DNA from: Myxococcota bacterium
GTDB taxonomy: Bacteria; Myxococcota_A; SURF-8
Direction of reading: 5' to 3'
DNA: 64,000 nucleotides
NCBI GenBank assembly: GCA_965140415.1
Contig: OZ223209.1
Location: forward strand, 448,001 to 512,000
Made by a program: the position numbers and the translations under genes. Shown here piece after piece: positions 1 to 11,199 of this stretch (positions are counted from its first letter, which is position 1; every line of letters begins with the position of its first letter). The notes beneath the pieces are model-generated. The model was not told where the DNA came from and searched no databases. It was given only the letters and a program-made list of their open reading frames with translations.

Positions 1-3000
1 ATTCAGAGCGTGTTCTCCGTTCTCAGCTTCCAGTACTTTATAACCAAGCTTGGTCAAGGTTCGAACTGCAATGTTCCTGACCACCGGCTCGTCCTCTGCC
101 AGCAGAATGACTTCATTGCCTTTCGGTAATCGTTGCAGACCTTGTTTGCGAGGCGCGGAGTCGGCATGATCGGAAACTTTCGGCAACAGAATTTCAAACG
201 TCGTTCCATTCTCCGGCGATGAAATCACATGAATGTGTCCCTTGTGCTGCTTGACGATACCGAATACGGTAGCCAGTCCCAATCCCGTCCCTTTGCCTTC
301 CGGTTTGGTTGTAAAGAATGGATCGAAAATGCGCTTGCGGTCTTCTTCATCGATACCGATGCCGTTATCCTGAACCTGTAATCGTACATGTTCCCCGCTA
401 ACGGTTTCGCCGCAGATGCGACATTGATTCTCATGAAACGTGACATTTGCCGTTCGGAGAATCAGTTTCCCACCATTAGGCATGGCGTCACGCGCATTGA
501 CCGCCAGGTTGACGATGATCTGCTCCATCTGTCCTGGATCAACGCGCACCTGACCTAGCTTGGAATCCATATCCAATGTCAATTCAATATCTTCGCCGAT
601 GATTCGCTTCAACATTTTAGATAGCCCGCGAATCTGATCGTTCAGATTGATGATCTTGGGTTGAATGATCTGTTTGCGACTGAAAGCCAGCAATTGTCGT
701 GTTAAATCCGCCGCCCGGTCGGCGGCACGGGTGATTTCGTTCATGGTTTCATGAAGCGGATTGTTTTGTTCCAGATCCATCTGTGCTAAAGAAATGTTTC
801 CATTGATCCCGGTAAGCAGATTGTTGAAATCATGAGCAATGCCGCCAGCCAGTCGTCCAACGGCCTCCATTTTCTGAGACTGACGCAGTTGTTCTTCCAG
901 ACGCGCTTTTTCCTCCTCGGCACGAATGCGATCCGAAATCTCAAAGAACATGACCGCCATTTGGCCAGGAGAAATATTGAAGGCGAAAATTTCGAAATGG
1001 CCGCTTACGATTGTCCCTTGATAGGCAAGCTGCTTTTCAAGTGGAGGACCGCCTTTGGCGATCTGTTCCAAACGCTTGAATACGTGTGGATCATTCAAAC
1101 CGGGAAAGGCATTTCTAAGCGAAAGTCCGATCAATTCGGAAAGATCTCTTTGGGTTAAATAATCTGCTGTCGGATTGGAGTCTGCAAAGACAACTTCCCC
1201 ATCCGTGTTTTCTTCAAAAAGCAGTACGCCCACCGGAGAAGAATTGATGATGTTTCTGAATTGCGCTTCTTTCGCTTGAACCTCTTTTTCTGCCCGTTTC
1301 TGTTCCGTGATATCGCGTACATCCACCAGCATGCCGCTGTGTTTACCATCGGTAAGAACCCTGGCCATATGCACTTCGACCCAAACCGTATAACCATTGC
1401 GGTGAGTGCATTCCACTTCGATGCACTGATTGAGCAATCCGCTTTCGATTAATTGTTCCATTTCCTTTTTCAGAACGTATATATCCTGCTTGATAAATCC
1501 GGCCAGGTAGGCAACATGGTGCCCGACGATTTCCTTGGGAGCGATTCCCAGAATATCTTCGATGCGCGGATTGACGTCGAGACACATTCCCCATTGCGAC
1601 ACCAGCATGATCATATCGTTAGCGCTCTCAAACAATAGCCGATAGCGCTGCTCGCTTTCGCGCAATAAGTGTTCCCGTTGCATGTGGTCGCTGATATCGA
1701 GATGGGTGCCGATCATGCGTTTCGGTTTTCCCTGCTCATCCCATTCTACCGTTTTACCGCGCCCCAGAATCCAGATATGCGAGCCATCGCTGCACACCAT
1801 CCGGAATACCTGCTCGTACACGCCTGTCGGTGATTCCATGTAGCTGGAGAAAGCAGCCAGGGCTTCATCGTGATCTTCCGGATGGATGAGCCGGAGCCAG
1901 TTTTCAACAGTTGGAGTAAACTCGCCGGGTTGATACCCCAGCATGGTGTAAAAACGGGGACTGAAGTAGGCCACCCCGCTTTTCGTATCCAGATCCCAAA
2001 TTCCTTCACGCGTGGCATCCATTGCGTAAGAGAGCCGTTCCTCGCTTTGCAATCGTTCCGCTTCGGCTTTCTTTTGTTTTCGAATATCGCTGATTACTAC
2101 TGCGATGAATCTCGGTTCGCCGTTGAGTTTAGAGCGAATCACAAAAGTGTTAAAGCGAATAGGAATTCTCTCGCCGGTTTGAAAATGGCGTAGGATACCT
2201 TCTCCGGCAAAGGAATCATGCTCGACTGCCTTTGGCAGTACGCCTTCCAGCACGAAAGGCTGTTCTTCTACAGGTAGAAAATCGATGATTTTCAGTTTCT
2301 GCACCTGTTGTGCATCTTTAATGCCCACCATTTTCATGCCGGAAGGATTCAAATAAGTGACCTGCCCGTGCAAGTCTGCTATGCCAATGAAATCCGTGCT
2401 GTTTTCAACCAGGGCCGTTAATTTTTCCTGCTCCTGTCGGTTCTGTTGTTGCTGGGTGATATCCTTAATGATACCGATTACATATTTCGGCGTTCCGGTT
2501 CTATCATCGATGGTCCAGGTGCTTAATTCACCCAGGAAAGAATCGTCGTTGCTACGCAAAAAACGAAGCTGCTGATTGGGAACATGTCCTATATTTCGCA
2601 GTAGAAAAGCATTTTTAATTGCCTGTTCCCTGTCTTCTTCTGCAATAAACGAGCTAAAATGCCGTCCCTGGCTATATTTAGCGGCCTCCACTCCGAAGAG
2701 ATGTTGCATTGCCGGATTGTACCCGACTACATAACCATTCAGATCGGAGATGGTGACGGCATCGACGGAGTGCTGGAAGATGGCGAAGAATTTTTCTTCG
2801 CTTTCGCGCAATGCATGTTCCGCCAAGCGTTCTTCCGTGATGTCGTGACCGGAAGAAAGAGTACCGCTGACTTCCCCCTGTTCATCGGTTATAAATACAT
2901 TGTGCCAGGCGATGGTGCGTTCTAGACCATTGTAGGTCACAACGGTGCTTTCGTGATAGCTGGAGTTTTTAAGATTCCCTTGAAGAAGCTTGCGGTATAG

Positions 3001-3663
3001 CTTGCGGCAGGCTTCCCGATCCCGCTCTACGATGAAACAATCGAACCACTTTTTACCGATGACTTCCTGCTGGGTTCTGCCCAATATGCGGCAGCCCTTA
3101 TGGTTGATCATGGTAACGCGCTCATCCAGGTCCAGGCGCAGGAAAATCACCTCGGCCTGATCCAGACGGGATTGATAGGGAGACACATCATTTCGGCTGA
3201 ACAGGTGTTCGTCTAGAGTTTCCAACCCCATCACCAGAGTGTCACTATCGGGAATCGGTTTCAGGTTACAGCAAAGAAGCAGATTTTTATGACCGTTGCG
3301 CGAAAGACAGAAACGGATGTCTCGTATGGCTTTTCCCGACTCTTTCACAACTGTCCAAGGATGCTCTTCCGGCAGCAGAGGGTGCTTATCCAAACTCGAT
3401 AGTGTCCAGTCGTTTAAGGAATAGGCACCGGATTGAAGCCGATCCTGCGAAAGCTCCAGCAAGCTACAGGCAACTTCATTGGCGGAAACGATAATGTTGT
3501 GCTTGTCGATAATCAACATGGCGCCGGGACAAGCATTCAGTAGGCGGTTAACACTCGCCGTTTCCGAAACGGAATCGTTTCCGTTTTCCAATTCTTTGAT
3601 ACGGGATTGGGCGCGATCCAGTTGTTTGAGTAGTTCAGTGATGCGTTTCTGTGAGGCGTCCAT
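1..3663 (-). CDS. Multi-PAS hybrid sensor histidine kinase/response regulator (3' end runs off window)
   Basis: Not in the ORF track because it is truncated. Segments translated by hand from ATG at 3663 ([12 protein letters not shown]...) show several PAS/PAC segments (e.g. GHDITEER), the H-box [24 protein letters not shown], the ATPase motif [14 protein letters not shown] and a receiver start [11 protein letters not shown]...[10 protein letters not shown]. Start and end segments share one frame. Confidence 0.92.
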   Translation of the reverse strand, partial: MDASQKRITELLKQLDRAQSRIKELENGNDSVSETASVNRLLNACPGAMLIIDKHNIIVSANEVACSLLELSQDRLQSGAYSLNDWTLSSLDKHPLLPEEHPWTVVKESGKAIRDIRFCLSRNGHKNLLLCCNLKPIPDSDTLVMGLETLDEHLFSRNDVSPYQSRLDQAEVIFLRLDLDERVTMINHKGCRILGRTQQEVIGKKWFDCFIVERDREACRKLYRKLLQGNLKNSSYHESTVVTYNGLERTIAWHNVFITDEQGEVSGTLSSGHDITEERLAEHALRESEEKFFAIFQHSVDAVTISDLNGYVVGYNPAMQHLFGVEAAKYSQGRHFSSFIAEEDREQAIKNAFLLRNIGHVPNQQLRFLRSNDDSFLGELSTWTIDDRTGTPKYVIGIIKDITQQQQNRQEQEKLTALVENSTDFIGIADLHGQVTYLNPSGMKMVGIKDAQQVQKLKIIDFLPVEEQPFVLEGVLPKAVEHDSFAGEGILRHFQTGERIPIRFNTFVIRSKLNGEPRFIAVVISDIRKQKKAEAERLQSEERLSYAMDATREGIWDLDTKSGVAYFSPRFYTMLGYQPGEFTPTVENWLRLIHPEDHDEALAAFSSYMESPTGVYEQVFRMVCSDGSHIWILGRGKTVEWDEQGKPKRMIGTHLDISDHMQREHLLRESEQRYRLLFESANDMIMLVSQWGMCLDVNPRIEDILGIAPKEIVGHHVAYLAGFIKQDIYVLKKEMEQLIESGLLNQCIEVECTHRNGYTVWVEVHMARVLTDGKHSGMLVDVRDITEQKRAEKEVQAKEAQFRNIINSSPVGVLLFEENTDGEVVFADSNPTADYLTQRDLSELIGLSLRNAFPGLNDPHVFKRLEQIAKGGPPLEKQLAYQGTIVSGHFEIFAFNISPGQMAVMFFEISDRIRAEEEKARLEEQLRQSQKMEAVGRLAGGIAHDFNNLLTGINGNISLAQMDLEQNNPLHETMNEITRAADRAADLTRQLLAFSRKQIIQPKIINLNDQIRGLSKMLKRIIGEDIELTLDMDSKLGQVRVDPGQMEQIIVNLAVNARDAMPNGGKLILRTANVTFHENQCRICGETVSGEHVRLQVQDNGIGIDEEDRKRIFDPFFTTKPEGKGTGLGLATVFGIVKQHKGHIHVISSPENGTTFEILLPKVSDHADSAPRKQGLQRLPKGNEVILLAEDEPVVRNIAVRTLTKLGYKVLEAENGEHALN

Positions 3664-3818
3664 GATTGATTCCAAATGTGGTTCAGCTAGAGATTGCAGG
3701 ATATGTCGTAAGCAGCATGAAAGAGCGATTGGTCACATGAAAAACAACTTTTTTGAGCATACCATTTTGGCAAGCTGGCAACAAGCGAATTATACACAGG
3801 TGTAAGATTTACTTTCGC

Positions 3819-4622
3819 TTACTCACCGGGAATGTACATCCGAGGGATACCATCGGGAAAGGGGAGCTGAAAGGTTTGAGGATCGATCGTTCCGTTGAGA
3901 GTGGGTTTGGAGCGCAGGGTCAACGTCAGCACCGTTTCACTTTGAGGATGCTCGACTTTGATGTAGCCGGGAAAAGCAAGTTGTTCCTCGCCGCGCACCT
4001 GCCAGTTCAGATAAGTCACCTGATAACGCACGCTTTTATCTTCCTGCACCACCCGAATCCGATACAGCTCGCCTTCGCGGTCGAACCAGAAGATTTGTTT
4101 GAGTCCTTGATCTGTAGCAAGAATGGAGAAACGATAATGCTTGGTTTCCGGATCGTATACCGGGCGCGTGGCACCACCGGGAAGGATAATCGGAGTCGCG
4201 CACAAAAGCGGCACCAGTTCCGTGGGTAAGATCGTCCAGCGCAAGACATCCCGCATCGCCTTGGATGTAACCGGCCCGAATAGCACACGTTTTTCTCGAA
4301 TATCGAAATATCGGAATTCGTCGCGGGTGTTGGTCCAGATGCCGAGCATTCCGGTGGGACCGGTCAATTCGAAGGTGGCGTCGCCGGGTTTTCGCACGAC
4401 CCAGATCAATTCCGCGCGTTCGTGGCGGCCTTCATGAAAAAACTCGAATTTGCTGTCGGCTTCCACGGAGTGGATCTGTCCGCCCCGTTTATGAAGTTTA
4501 GTCAGCAATTCTTTTGCACCGATGGGCGCAGGTGCTTGCTCTTGCTTGGGAGACAAGGTCTGACAGGCGCATAGCAGCATGGCCAGCACGATGAAAACGA
4601 ACGTTGTCGTGGCGGCTTTCAT
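3819..4622 (-). CDS. Outer-membrane lipoprotein, LolB-like/DUF4292-type
   Basis: Lipobox-like signal (MLLCAC) and beta-rich body. The ATG at 4622 overlaps the upstream TPR gene stop (ATGA). A TPR gene followed by a LolB-like gene is a common arrangement. Confidence 0.65.
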   Translation of the reverse strand: MKAATTTFVFIVLAMLLCACQTLSPKQEQAPAPIGAKELLTKLHKRGGQIHSVEADSKFEFFHEGRHERAELIWVVRKPGDATFELTGPTGMLGIWTNTRDEFRYFDIREKRVLFGPVTSKAMRDVLRWTILPTELVPLLCATPIILPGGATRPVYDPETKHYRFSILATDQGLKQIFWFDREGELYRIRVVQEDKSVRYQVTYLNWQVRGEEQLAFPGYIKVEHPQSETVLTLTLRSKPTLNGTIDPQTFQLPFPDGIPRMYIPGE

Positions 4623-6433
4623 GGCTGCTTCTCCGGCGGTGCGAGGCGCAGACGCAACATCGGCCACAAGTCGGGGAAAGCCGCTGTGAACTCATCAAGC
4701 AGCGCCGCCGGACGAATTTCCAGCGCGGCGGCTTGTTCCAGCACCTGGCGCAGCTTCTCTTCTCGATTCCCCTGATCTCGCAGCACCAGCGCCAGATGAA
4801 ACAGAATTTCCGCTTCGAAAGGTTCGATCATGGCCGCCAGTAAAAGCCATGTTTCGGCTTGTTCCAGATCGCCGCGATGATAGTAAACCCAGCCTAAGCT
4901 ATCGATAATATAGCCCTCTCCGGGTTTCTGCTGCAATGCCTTGCGCACCATGGCTTCCGCCTCGTCCAGTCGCTCACCCCGTTGCGCAAGGCTATAGCCG
5001 ACAAAATTCAAGGCATTGGCGTGATCGGGCTGAATCGACAGCAATGTCTGCATGGTTTCCAGCGCGCGGTCTTGCTGGTGATCTTCTTCGAGCATCATCG
5101 CCAATAAATAAAGCAATTCCGGGTTTTGCGGCAAACGTTGCAAGCCAAGTTGCAGTGTTTCCAGCGATTTCTGCATGCGTCCGGTATCACGAAAATAATT
5201 GGCCAGACTGCGATAGGTTTCCACATCGTCAGTCATGGTTTCGATTAAATGCTCGGCCAACTCGTCTGCTTTTGCTTTGTGGGCCAACTCCCACTGACAG
5301 CGGGCCATCTCCGCCTGCGACAGCGCATAATAGCGGCTGTTGTGTCTGGAAATGGGAGAAAAGGCAGACAGTGCCTTGGCGTATTGTTTGGCCTGCACCA
5401 ACGACCAGCCCCAGAAATAGCGAGCCCCGGCGTCGCCGAATTCAACTGCCAACGATTGAAACTGTTTCGCCGCCAGCACAAAACGTCCGGCTTCCGCATA
5501 AGCCAAACCGATAGAAAAGCGGATGCGCTCCCCGGTTTCATCCAGGCTTTCGGCTTCGTCGAAGTGTTTGCGTGCCTGTTGCAGGTCGCCACCCTGAAGA
5601 TAAAATTGGCCGATCTTCAATGGAATCAACGAGTTGGGAGGCAACAGGTTTTCCAACCGCTGAAAGAGTTTGATCGCCTGATCGAAGCGCCTCGTGCGGC
5701 TGTACCAGGTGGAAAGCTGTTCGATGGCCACCAGGTTTTCCGGGTCCAGTTCCAGCAGCCGAATCAAAGTCTGCTCCAGTTTGACGTATTCCTGTTGCTG
5801 CTGGTAAAGCTTGGTCAGTACCGAAAGAGATTCGAAATGAGTCGGACTGCGCTTTAGGATGTTCTCCAGAAAGCGGGTCATCCCTTCGATACCCTGCTCC
5901 ATGAAAACGAGTTCCGCCCGGTGCCGGATGGCATCGTCGTTAACCGGGTCCAGTTCGATGACGCGATCGAAATAGGCGGCGGCATCTTGAAAACGATTTT
6001 CAGCCAGCGCGATCTGTCCGAGAATCAGCACAGGTTCAATGAAGCGCTCGTCGAGTTGCTGTGCCTGTTTCAGGCTTGCGATACTCGTCTGCACCTGCCC
6101 GGAAGCCAGTAACAGCATCCCCAGTTCGTAATGCAGTCGTGCCGAGCCATTGTCGAAGGCCAGCGCCAGGCGCATCTGATCGACGGCTTCCAGGTAGCGT
6201 TTTTCATACTGCAACTGTTTGGCGTAGAAAAAGTGCTGATACGCTCCGGCAGGCGGATAGCTTTGTTCTTCTCCCACCTGCTCAGACGTCCCAGACACAT
6301 CCGCAGGGCGTAACGCCGGTTGCACGGCGCATCCGGCGATCAGCGCCAGGGCTAACCCGAGCAGAAAAAGGGCGATCCCGAGTCGTGTCAGGTTGTTACC
6401 GCTTACAACGGGTGGCCGGAGTGGATAAGGCAT
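4619..6433 (-). CDS. Tetratricopeptide-repeat lipoprotein
   Basis: Lipobox LIAGC, many TPR helices, and the C-terminal motif ALNFVGYSLA...IIDSLGWVYY. Start placed at ATG 6433 to avoid overlap with the 6450-6695 gene. Confidence 0.88.
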   Translation of the reverse strand: MPYPLRPPVVSGNNLTRLGIALFLLGLALALIAGCAVQPALRPADVSGTSEQVGEEQSYPPAGAYQHFFYAKQLQYEKRYLEAVDQMRLALAFDNGSARLHYELGMLLLASGQVQTSIASLKQAQQLDERFIEPVLILGQIALAENRFQDAAAYFDRVIELDPVNDDAIRHRAELVFMEQGIEGMTRFLENILKRSPTHFESLSVLTKLYQQQQEYVKLEQTLIRLLELDPENLVAIEQLSTWYSRTRRFDQAIKLFQRLENLLPPNSLIPLKIGQFYLQGGDLQQARKHFDEAESLDETGERIRFSIGLAYAEAGRFVLAAKQFQSLAVEFGDAGARYFWGWSLVQAKQYAKALSAFSPISRHNSRYYALSQAEMARCQWELAHKAKADELAEHLIETMTDDVETYRSLANYFRDTGRMQKSLETLQLGLQRLPQNPELLYLLAMMLEEDHQQDRALETMQTLLSIQPDHANALNFVGYSLAQRGERLDEAEAMVRKALQQKPGEGYIIDSLGWVYYHRGDLEQAETWLLLAAMIEPFEAEILFHLALVLRDQGNREEKLRQVLEQAAALEIRPAALLDEFTAAFPDLWPMLRLRLAPPEKQP

Positions 6434-6449
6434 GTACGAAAACGTACGG

Positions 6450-6695
6450 CTAGCTTTCGGCGCCCGTAGCGGAATTGTTGGATTCTTCGGCGGGTAGGCT
6501 GGCTTGACGCTTTTGCTCGCGTTCCAGGATTTCTTCAGCCTGATCGACACCGATCGGTTCGGCTTTTTCTTGCGCATCCGGCAGGCTATCCAGATATTTC
6601 TGGTATTCCTCGTTAGTGAGGTATTCTTTTTTGAGGTTGCGTTTCACCGAGCGCACATCGTAAAGGGAGGGTGTTTTCTCCACTTTTGCTGTCAT
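6450..6695 (-). CDS. Small hypothetical protein
   Basis: Good RBS (GAAGGAG), natural composition (YDVRSVKRNLKK...EYQKYLDSLPD), and first gene of the apparent operon. Confidence 0.75.
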   Translation of the reverse strand: MTAKVEKTPSLYDVRSVKRNLKKEYLTNEEYQKYLDSLPDAQEKAEPIGVDQAEEILEREQKRQASLPAEESNNSATGAES

Positions 6696-6756
6696 GTTTC
6701 TTCTCCTTCAACCCAGTCGGCGATTAAAGTTATTGCGCCGAATTGAGAAACTCCCT

Positions 6757-6785
6757 TTCATACATGCTAACCCTCGATTTGTCAA
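6757..6785 (-). promoter_or_regulatory. Putative sigma70 promoter
   Basis: TTGACA-17 nt-TATGAA on the minus strand, upstream of 6695. Confidence 0.45.
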
Positions 6786-6947
6786 GGAGTTACACTATCG
6801 TGCGGATCTCTATTCCATTTGCGAGCGAGGGCGTGATTCAGATGCTTGCGTGCGCTGTTAAATCGTGGATAATAGCGGAGAACTTGTTTTGTGTTTCCCA
6901 GCTTGTTCGGATACCGGGCAGGCACTGATAAAAAGGCTATCTTCATC

Positions 6948-7631
6948 ATGCGCCCCTATGTCCAATCTATCTTGTTGCTATTATTGTCTTTTTCGCTTTC
7001 GGTGCTCGCGATTTCCTGTGCGCATCATGAGCCGCCGCATCGACCTTCGCCGTATGTGATGGAGGGAAAAGAGGGTGTCTTTTTAAATACCTTCACCTTG
7101 CAGCAGGGGGATTTTCCGATTCTGGGAGGACCGGAGCAGCTGCATGACGCACCCGAATACGAGCGTTTGCCCGACCGCAAAACCGTCGTCCGAATCGCCA
7201 AGCGCTTCAAAGAACACGGCTATTTTCTGAGAAAGGATTATCCCTTTAATTTCGGTAAGATCCACGTCAAGCTGGACGGCTACGACCCCAAGCATTACGT
7301 CGGCTTCATCTTTGTTTCGAAAGACGATTACGAAGAACCCAAGCAGCCGCCCGATGCATTGGAATCGCGGCAGAGTTATTTTTACACCGAAAAAGATCCG
7401 TCCCGCATTTCCGTCCCGGAACTGCTGATGCTCGAACAATTGAATGGTCAGGAACGGGCTTACATCGCGTTGATCAATGCGCATCAGTTCACCTGGCCCG
7501 TTGGAGAAGCCGACCAACAGGAAGTGATGGAAAAACGCCTGCAAGCGCGGGTGGATCTGTACCTTTCCTGGGTGGATGCGCGCCTGGCCAAACGTGCCGA
7601 ACAGGAAGCTGCGAAAAAAGAGGAACCCTGA
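6948..7631 (+). CDS. Hypothetical lipoprotein
   Basis: Signal peptide with LAISC lipobox from ATG 6948. The stop overlaps the next ATG (TGATG). Confidence 0.75.
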   Translation: MRPYVQSILLLLLSFSLSVLAISCAHHEPPHRPSPYVMEGKEGVFLNTFTLQQGDFPILGGPEQLHDAPEYERLPDRKTVVRIAKRFKEHGYFLRKDYPFNFGKIHVKLDGYDPKHYVGFIFVSKDDYEEPKQPPDALESRQSYFYTEKDPSRISVPELLMLEQLNGQERAYIALINAHQFTWPVGEADQQEVMEKRLQARVDLYLSWVDARLAKRAEQEAAKKEEP

Positions 7632-10474
7632 TGTCTGCCCAAGAGCAGCGAAAGAAACTGTTGCAGGTCTTAGCGGGGCGCTTTAAGGGACGCATTCACG
7701 CCGATAGCCTGGGCCGCAGGCTGTTTTCCACCGATGCGTCGATTTACATGGTCGAACCGCTTTTAGCCGCCGTCCCGCGCGACGAAGAAGACCTCGTCAC
7801 CGCGTTTCGTGCCTGCCAAGAGTTGGGCATCGGCCTGCATCCGCGTGGCGGGGCGACAGGCTTGGCGGGTGAATCGCTGGGACCGGGCTTGGTGCTGGAC
7901 TGTCACCCGGCTTTTCGTCGTATCGACCGCATCGACCCGGATCATCGCCGGGTGCGTGTGGGTTGCGGAGTGACGCTGTCCGAATTGAATCGGGCTGTGG
8001 CATTGCATGGCTTGAAGTTCGGCCCGGACCCGTCCTCGGGTACGCGCGCCACCATCGGCGGCATGATCGGTACCAATGCCACCGGTACGCATTCGCTGGA
8101 TTACGGCTACACCGGCGATCACCTGATCCAGGCGCGAGTTCTGACCTCGGCTGGCGAGATCGTGACCTTGCAGCCGGGAGATTTGGAATCATTACCGGGT
8201 GGCTGGAAGGAAGCGGCCCGGATCTGCCGCGAACGGCAGGAGATCATTGAAAACGGATATCCGCAACAGCATCGCAATCGCTGCGGCTACAATCTGCGTG
8301 TCTGGCAGGATGAGCAGGTCAATCCGCTGCGCCTGTTGGCGGGAGCGGAAGGCACCCTGGGACTGCTGCTGGACGCCACCCTGGATCTGTCGCCGGTTTA
8401 CGGCCATACCGGCCTGGCGCTGTTCTGTTTCGACAGCGTGCGCGATGCCTGCGAAGCGGTCAAGCCGTTGATGCGCCACCGGCCTTCGGGCTTGGAACTG
8501 ATCGACTATCACATTCTGGCAATGGGAAGGCGCTTCGATCCGATCATCGATGAACTTCTACCCGAACACACCCAGGCGGTGTTATTGGGTGAATGGAGCG
8601 GGGAAAACGAAGACGACGTGCGCGCCCGCATGGCCGCACCGCTTCGCGAGATGCGCGCATCGGACTCTGCCGCCAGCGACGTGCGCGAGGCGCATAACGC
8701 AAAAGACGCCGCCCGCCTGTGGCTGATCCGGCGCGAGGCGGAAGCCCTGATCATGAATCGTCCCGGTCGCACTCATGCCATCAGCTTCATCGAAGACGCC
8801 GCCCTGCCTCACGAGCGCTTGATTGAACTGTTCGACATTACCGAACGCGTGCTGGACGAACACGGCCTGGAATGGGCGACCTTCGGTCACGCCGGACCGG
8901 GCGAATTGCACACGAAAGTCTATATCGATCTGCATGAACCCGCAGATTATGCCCGACTCGTTCAGGCCGCAGATACGTTTTACAGCGCCGTAATCGCCGC
9001 AGGCGGTTCGATTTCGGGCGAGCATGGCGACGGCCTGGCGCGTTCCCCCTTTATTCAACGGCAGTATCCCGAATTGTTCGAAACCATGGGTCAGGTCAAG
9101 CAGGCCATCGATCCGCACAACACATTCAATCCGGGACGAAAAACCGTTTCCTTCAAGGAGCACCCGGCGCTCTCGCACACGCGCTTGTCCGGTCGCTCTG
9201 CCTGGGCGGCCACAAGACCCGAACTGCGTTTCGATGAAGGCGAATTCGAGAAAAGTTCGGAAGCCTGTCACGGTTGCGGCGCTTGCCGCAATGTCGGGCC
9301 GGAGCTTTCGATGTGCCCCCTGTTTCGCGTGACGCACGACGAGTTGGCCAGTCCGCGAGCCAAGGGAAACGTAGCGCGGCTGACATTGTTCGGACCGGAA
9401 ACCGCCTCGGCGCGGATGAGTAAAACGGCCAAAGCGGTTGCCGAGTATTGCTTCAACTGCAAACTCTGTCGAGTGCAATGCCCGAGTCACGTAGACATTC
9501 CCAAGCTGATACTGGAATTAAAGGCCGAACACGCGCGCGAACACGGATTGAGCTTGGGTCAACGCCTGCTGGCTGCGTCCGATTCGTTCATGCAGGTTGC
9601 GGGTTACCTTCCGGGGCTCGATCATGCCCTGCAACACTCCACGCTGCTTCGTGAGGTTACAGAACGCCTTACGGGGCTGGATCGAAGCGCACCCATGCCG
9701 CACTTGGAACGTGGCAGTTTCTATCAGAAAGCGACCGCGCTGCGTCAGCCGCAAAGCAAACGCCGCCTGTTGTACTTCGCCGACTCGATGGTGCTCTACA
9801 GCGATCATCAACTGGGCCTGGATTTCATCCGGCTGGCAAACGCCTTCGGCTGGGAGGTGATTCCCTATACCTTCGGAGGCAGCGGCCTGCCTGCCCTGGA
9901 TGTCGGCGACCTCCCGCGCGTGCGTTCAATCGTGCAGCAGCACCTTGCCAATCTGGCTCCTTATGTCGCGCGATCATTGCCTATTGTCTGTTCGGAACCG
10001 AGCGCGGCTCTCATGATCAAAGAGGAATGGCCGCTCGTCACGCAGAATCCGTTGGCGAAACAGGTATCCGAGCTGGTGCGGGAGGCCACGGATTTTCTGG
10101 CCGAGCAGATCGACGAATTACCCACACCGCTGCCTCTAAAAGAGCGCTCCTTGCGTCTGGCGCATCACGCTCCCTGTCATTTGCAGGCGCTGGGCTTGAA
10201 CCGTCCAGTAAAACGCCTGATCGAAAACATTCCGAAAGCGGAATTGATTCCGGTGGATCAGGGCTGTTGTGGGATTGCCGGAACCTATGGAATCTTGAAG
10301 GAAAACCGGGCGCGGTCGTTACAGATCGGTGCGGAACTGTTTACGGAATTGGCTACTGGCAACTACGACCGGGTGTTGTGCGAATGCTCCACCTGCCGGA
10401 TGCAGATTCAGTCCGCCGTTGCAAATGCCATCGTGCAGCATCCGTTGCAGTTTCTGGCGCAGTCCTTGACTTGA
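7631..10474 (+). CDS. FAD-binding/Fe-S oxidoreductase (GlcD-GlcF/GlpC-type fusion, YdiJ-like)
   Basis: FAD_binding_4 motifs (PRGGATGLAG, GPDPSS, ATIGGMIGTNATG), SGEHGDG, two ferredoxin-like Cys motifs (CHGCGAC, CFNCKLC...CP) and the CCG domain (GCCGIAG). Confidence 0.92.
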   Translation: MSAQEQRKKLLQVLAGRFKGRIHADSLGRRLFSTDASIYMVEPLLAAVPRDEEDLVTAFRACQELGIGLHPRGGATGLAGESLGPGLVLDCHPAFRRIDRIDPDHRRVRVGCGVTLSELNRAVALHGLKFGPDPSSGTRATIGGMIGTNATGTHSLDYGYTGDHLIQARVLTSAGEIVTLQPGDLESLPGGWKEAARICRERQEIIENGYPQQHRNRCGYNLRVWQDEQVNPLRLLAGAEGTLGLLLDATLDLSPVYGHTGLALFCFDSVRDACEAVKPLMRHRPSGLELIDYHILAMGRRFDPIIDELLPEHTQAVLLGEWSGENEDDVRARMAAPLREMRASDSAASDVREAHNAKDAARLWLIRREAEALIMNRPGRTHAISFIEDAALPHERLIELFDITERVLDEHGLEWATFGHAGPGELHTKVYIDLHEPADYARLVQAADTFYSAVIAAGGSISGEHGDGLARSPFIQRQYPELFETMGQVKQAIDPHNTFNPGRKTVSFKEHPALSHTRLSGRSAWAATRPELRFDEGEFEKSSEACHGCGACRNVGPELSMCPLFRVTHDELASPRAKGNVARLTLFGPETASARMSKTAKAVAEYCFNCKLCRVQCPSHVDIPKLILELKAEHAREHGLSLGQRLLAASDSFMQVAGYLPGLDHALQHSTLLREVTERLTGLDRSAPMPHLERGSFYQKATALRQPQSKRRLLYFADSMVLYSDHQLGLDFIRLANAFGWEVIPYTFGGSGLPALDVGDLPRVRSIVQQHLANLAPYVARSLPIVCSEPSAALMIKEEWPLVTQNPLAKQVSELVREATDFLAEQIDELPTPLPLKERSLRLAHHAPCHLQALGLNRPVKRLIENIPKAELIPVDQGCCGIAGTYGILKENRARSLQIGAELFTELATGNYDRVLCECSTCRMQIQSAVANAIVQHPLQFLAQSLT

Positions 10475-10499
10475 TTTCTCGCTTCGATATCGCACATTT

Positions 10500-10614
10500 C
10501 AAGAAATTGCAAACCCGTCTGATTTCAGGGTGGCGCGGGCCAAGCCATAGGCTTGCCCGTGTTCGAAATCTACATGGGCAAGCTCCGTTTCTCTTCGCTT
10601 CGCCCATGCCACTC
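10500..10614 (+). repeat. Dispersed palindromic repeat family A, copy 1 (115 bp)
   Basis: Near-identical to the reverse complement of 21716-21830 and similar to 24014-24073 and 38574-38670. Confidence 0.9.
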
Positions 10615-10774
10615 TCCTCGACAAATCACAAAATCGCTAAATAGAACGAGGTATAATAATTTCCTCTTTGTTTCGATGTTTTCTTTCTTTGACAGATCCT
10701 GATACTCAGCAGTACACTTATAATCCTATCGGATTAGTTAGGTATGGTTTGACTTCGTGCATGGGAGAAAAAGA

Positions 10775-11143
10775 ATGCGGCGCAACCTGTTGTCCATCCT
10801 GGTGATTTTATTGGTACTGACGGCTTTTGTTTCCGTTGCCGTGGCGGTTGCCGATGTGCTGAGTATTCCTGCAAAAAAGGGCACGGTAACATTCAACCAT
10901 GCCGCGCATGAAATTCGCGCGGGGAAAAACTGCCAGACCTGTCATCATGAAATAAAAATCGATAAAAGCGGAAAGGCGGAAAAAGTCGAGAAAGGCTGCC
11001 GGGACTGTCACAAGGCCAGCGCCGTAGAAGGCAACCGCTTTTCCCAGAAGGAAGCCTTCCATCAAACCTGTAAAGGTTGTCACAAGAAAAACAAGAAGGG
11101 TCCGTTAAAATGTTTCGGCTGCCACGCCAAGCCGAAAAAATAG
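10775..11143 (+). CDS. Tetraheme cytochrome c3 (class III)
   Basis: Signal peptide, FNHAAH motif and four CxxCH motifs (CQTCH, CRDCH, CKGCH, CFGCH). Confidence 0.92.
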   Translation: MRRNLLSILVILLVLTAFVSVAVAVADVLSIPAKKGTVTFNHAAHEIRAGKNCQTCHHEIKIDKSGKAEKVEKGCRDCHKASAVEGNRFSQKEAFHQTCKGCHKKNKKGPLKCFGCHAKPKK

Positions 11144-11199
11144 CACGGACAGAATTCCTTAAATTCTGGAAACACGCCGCATTATTGCGCCTCGATCGC

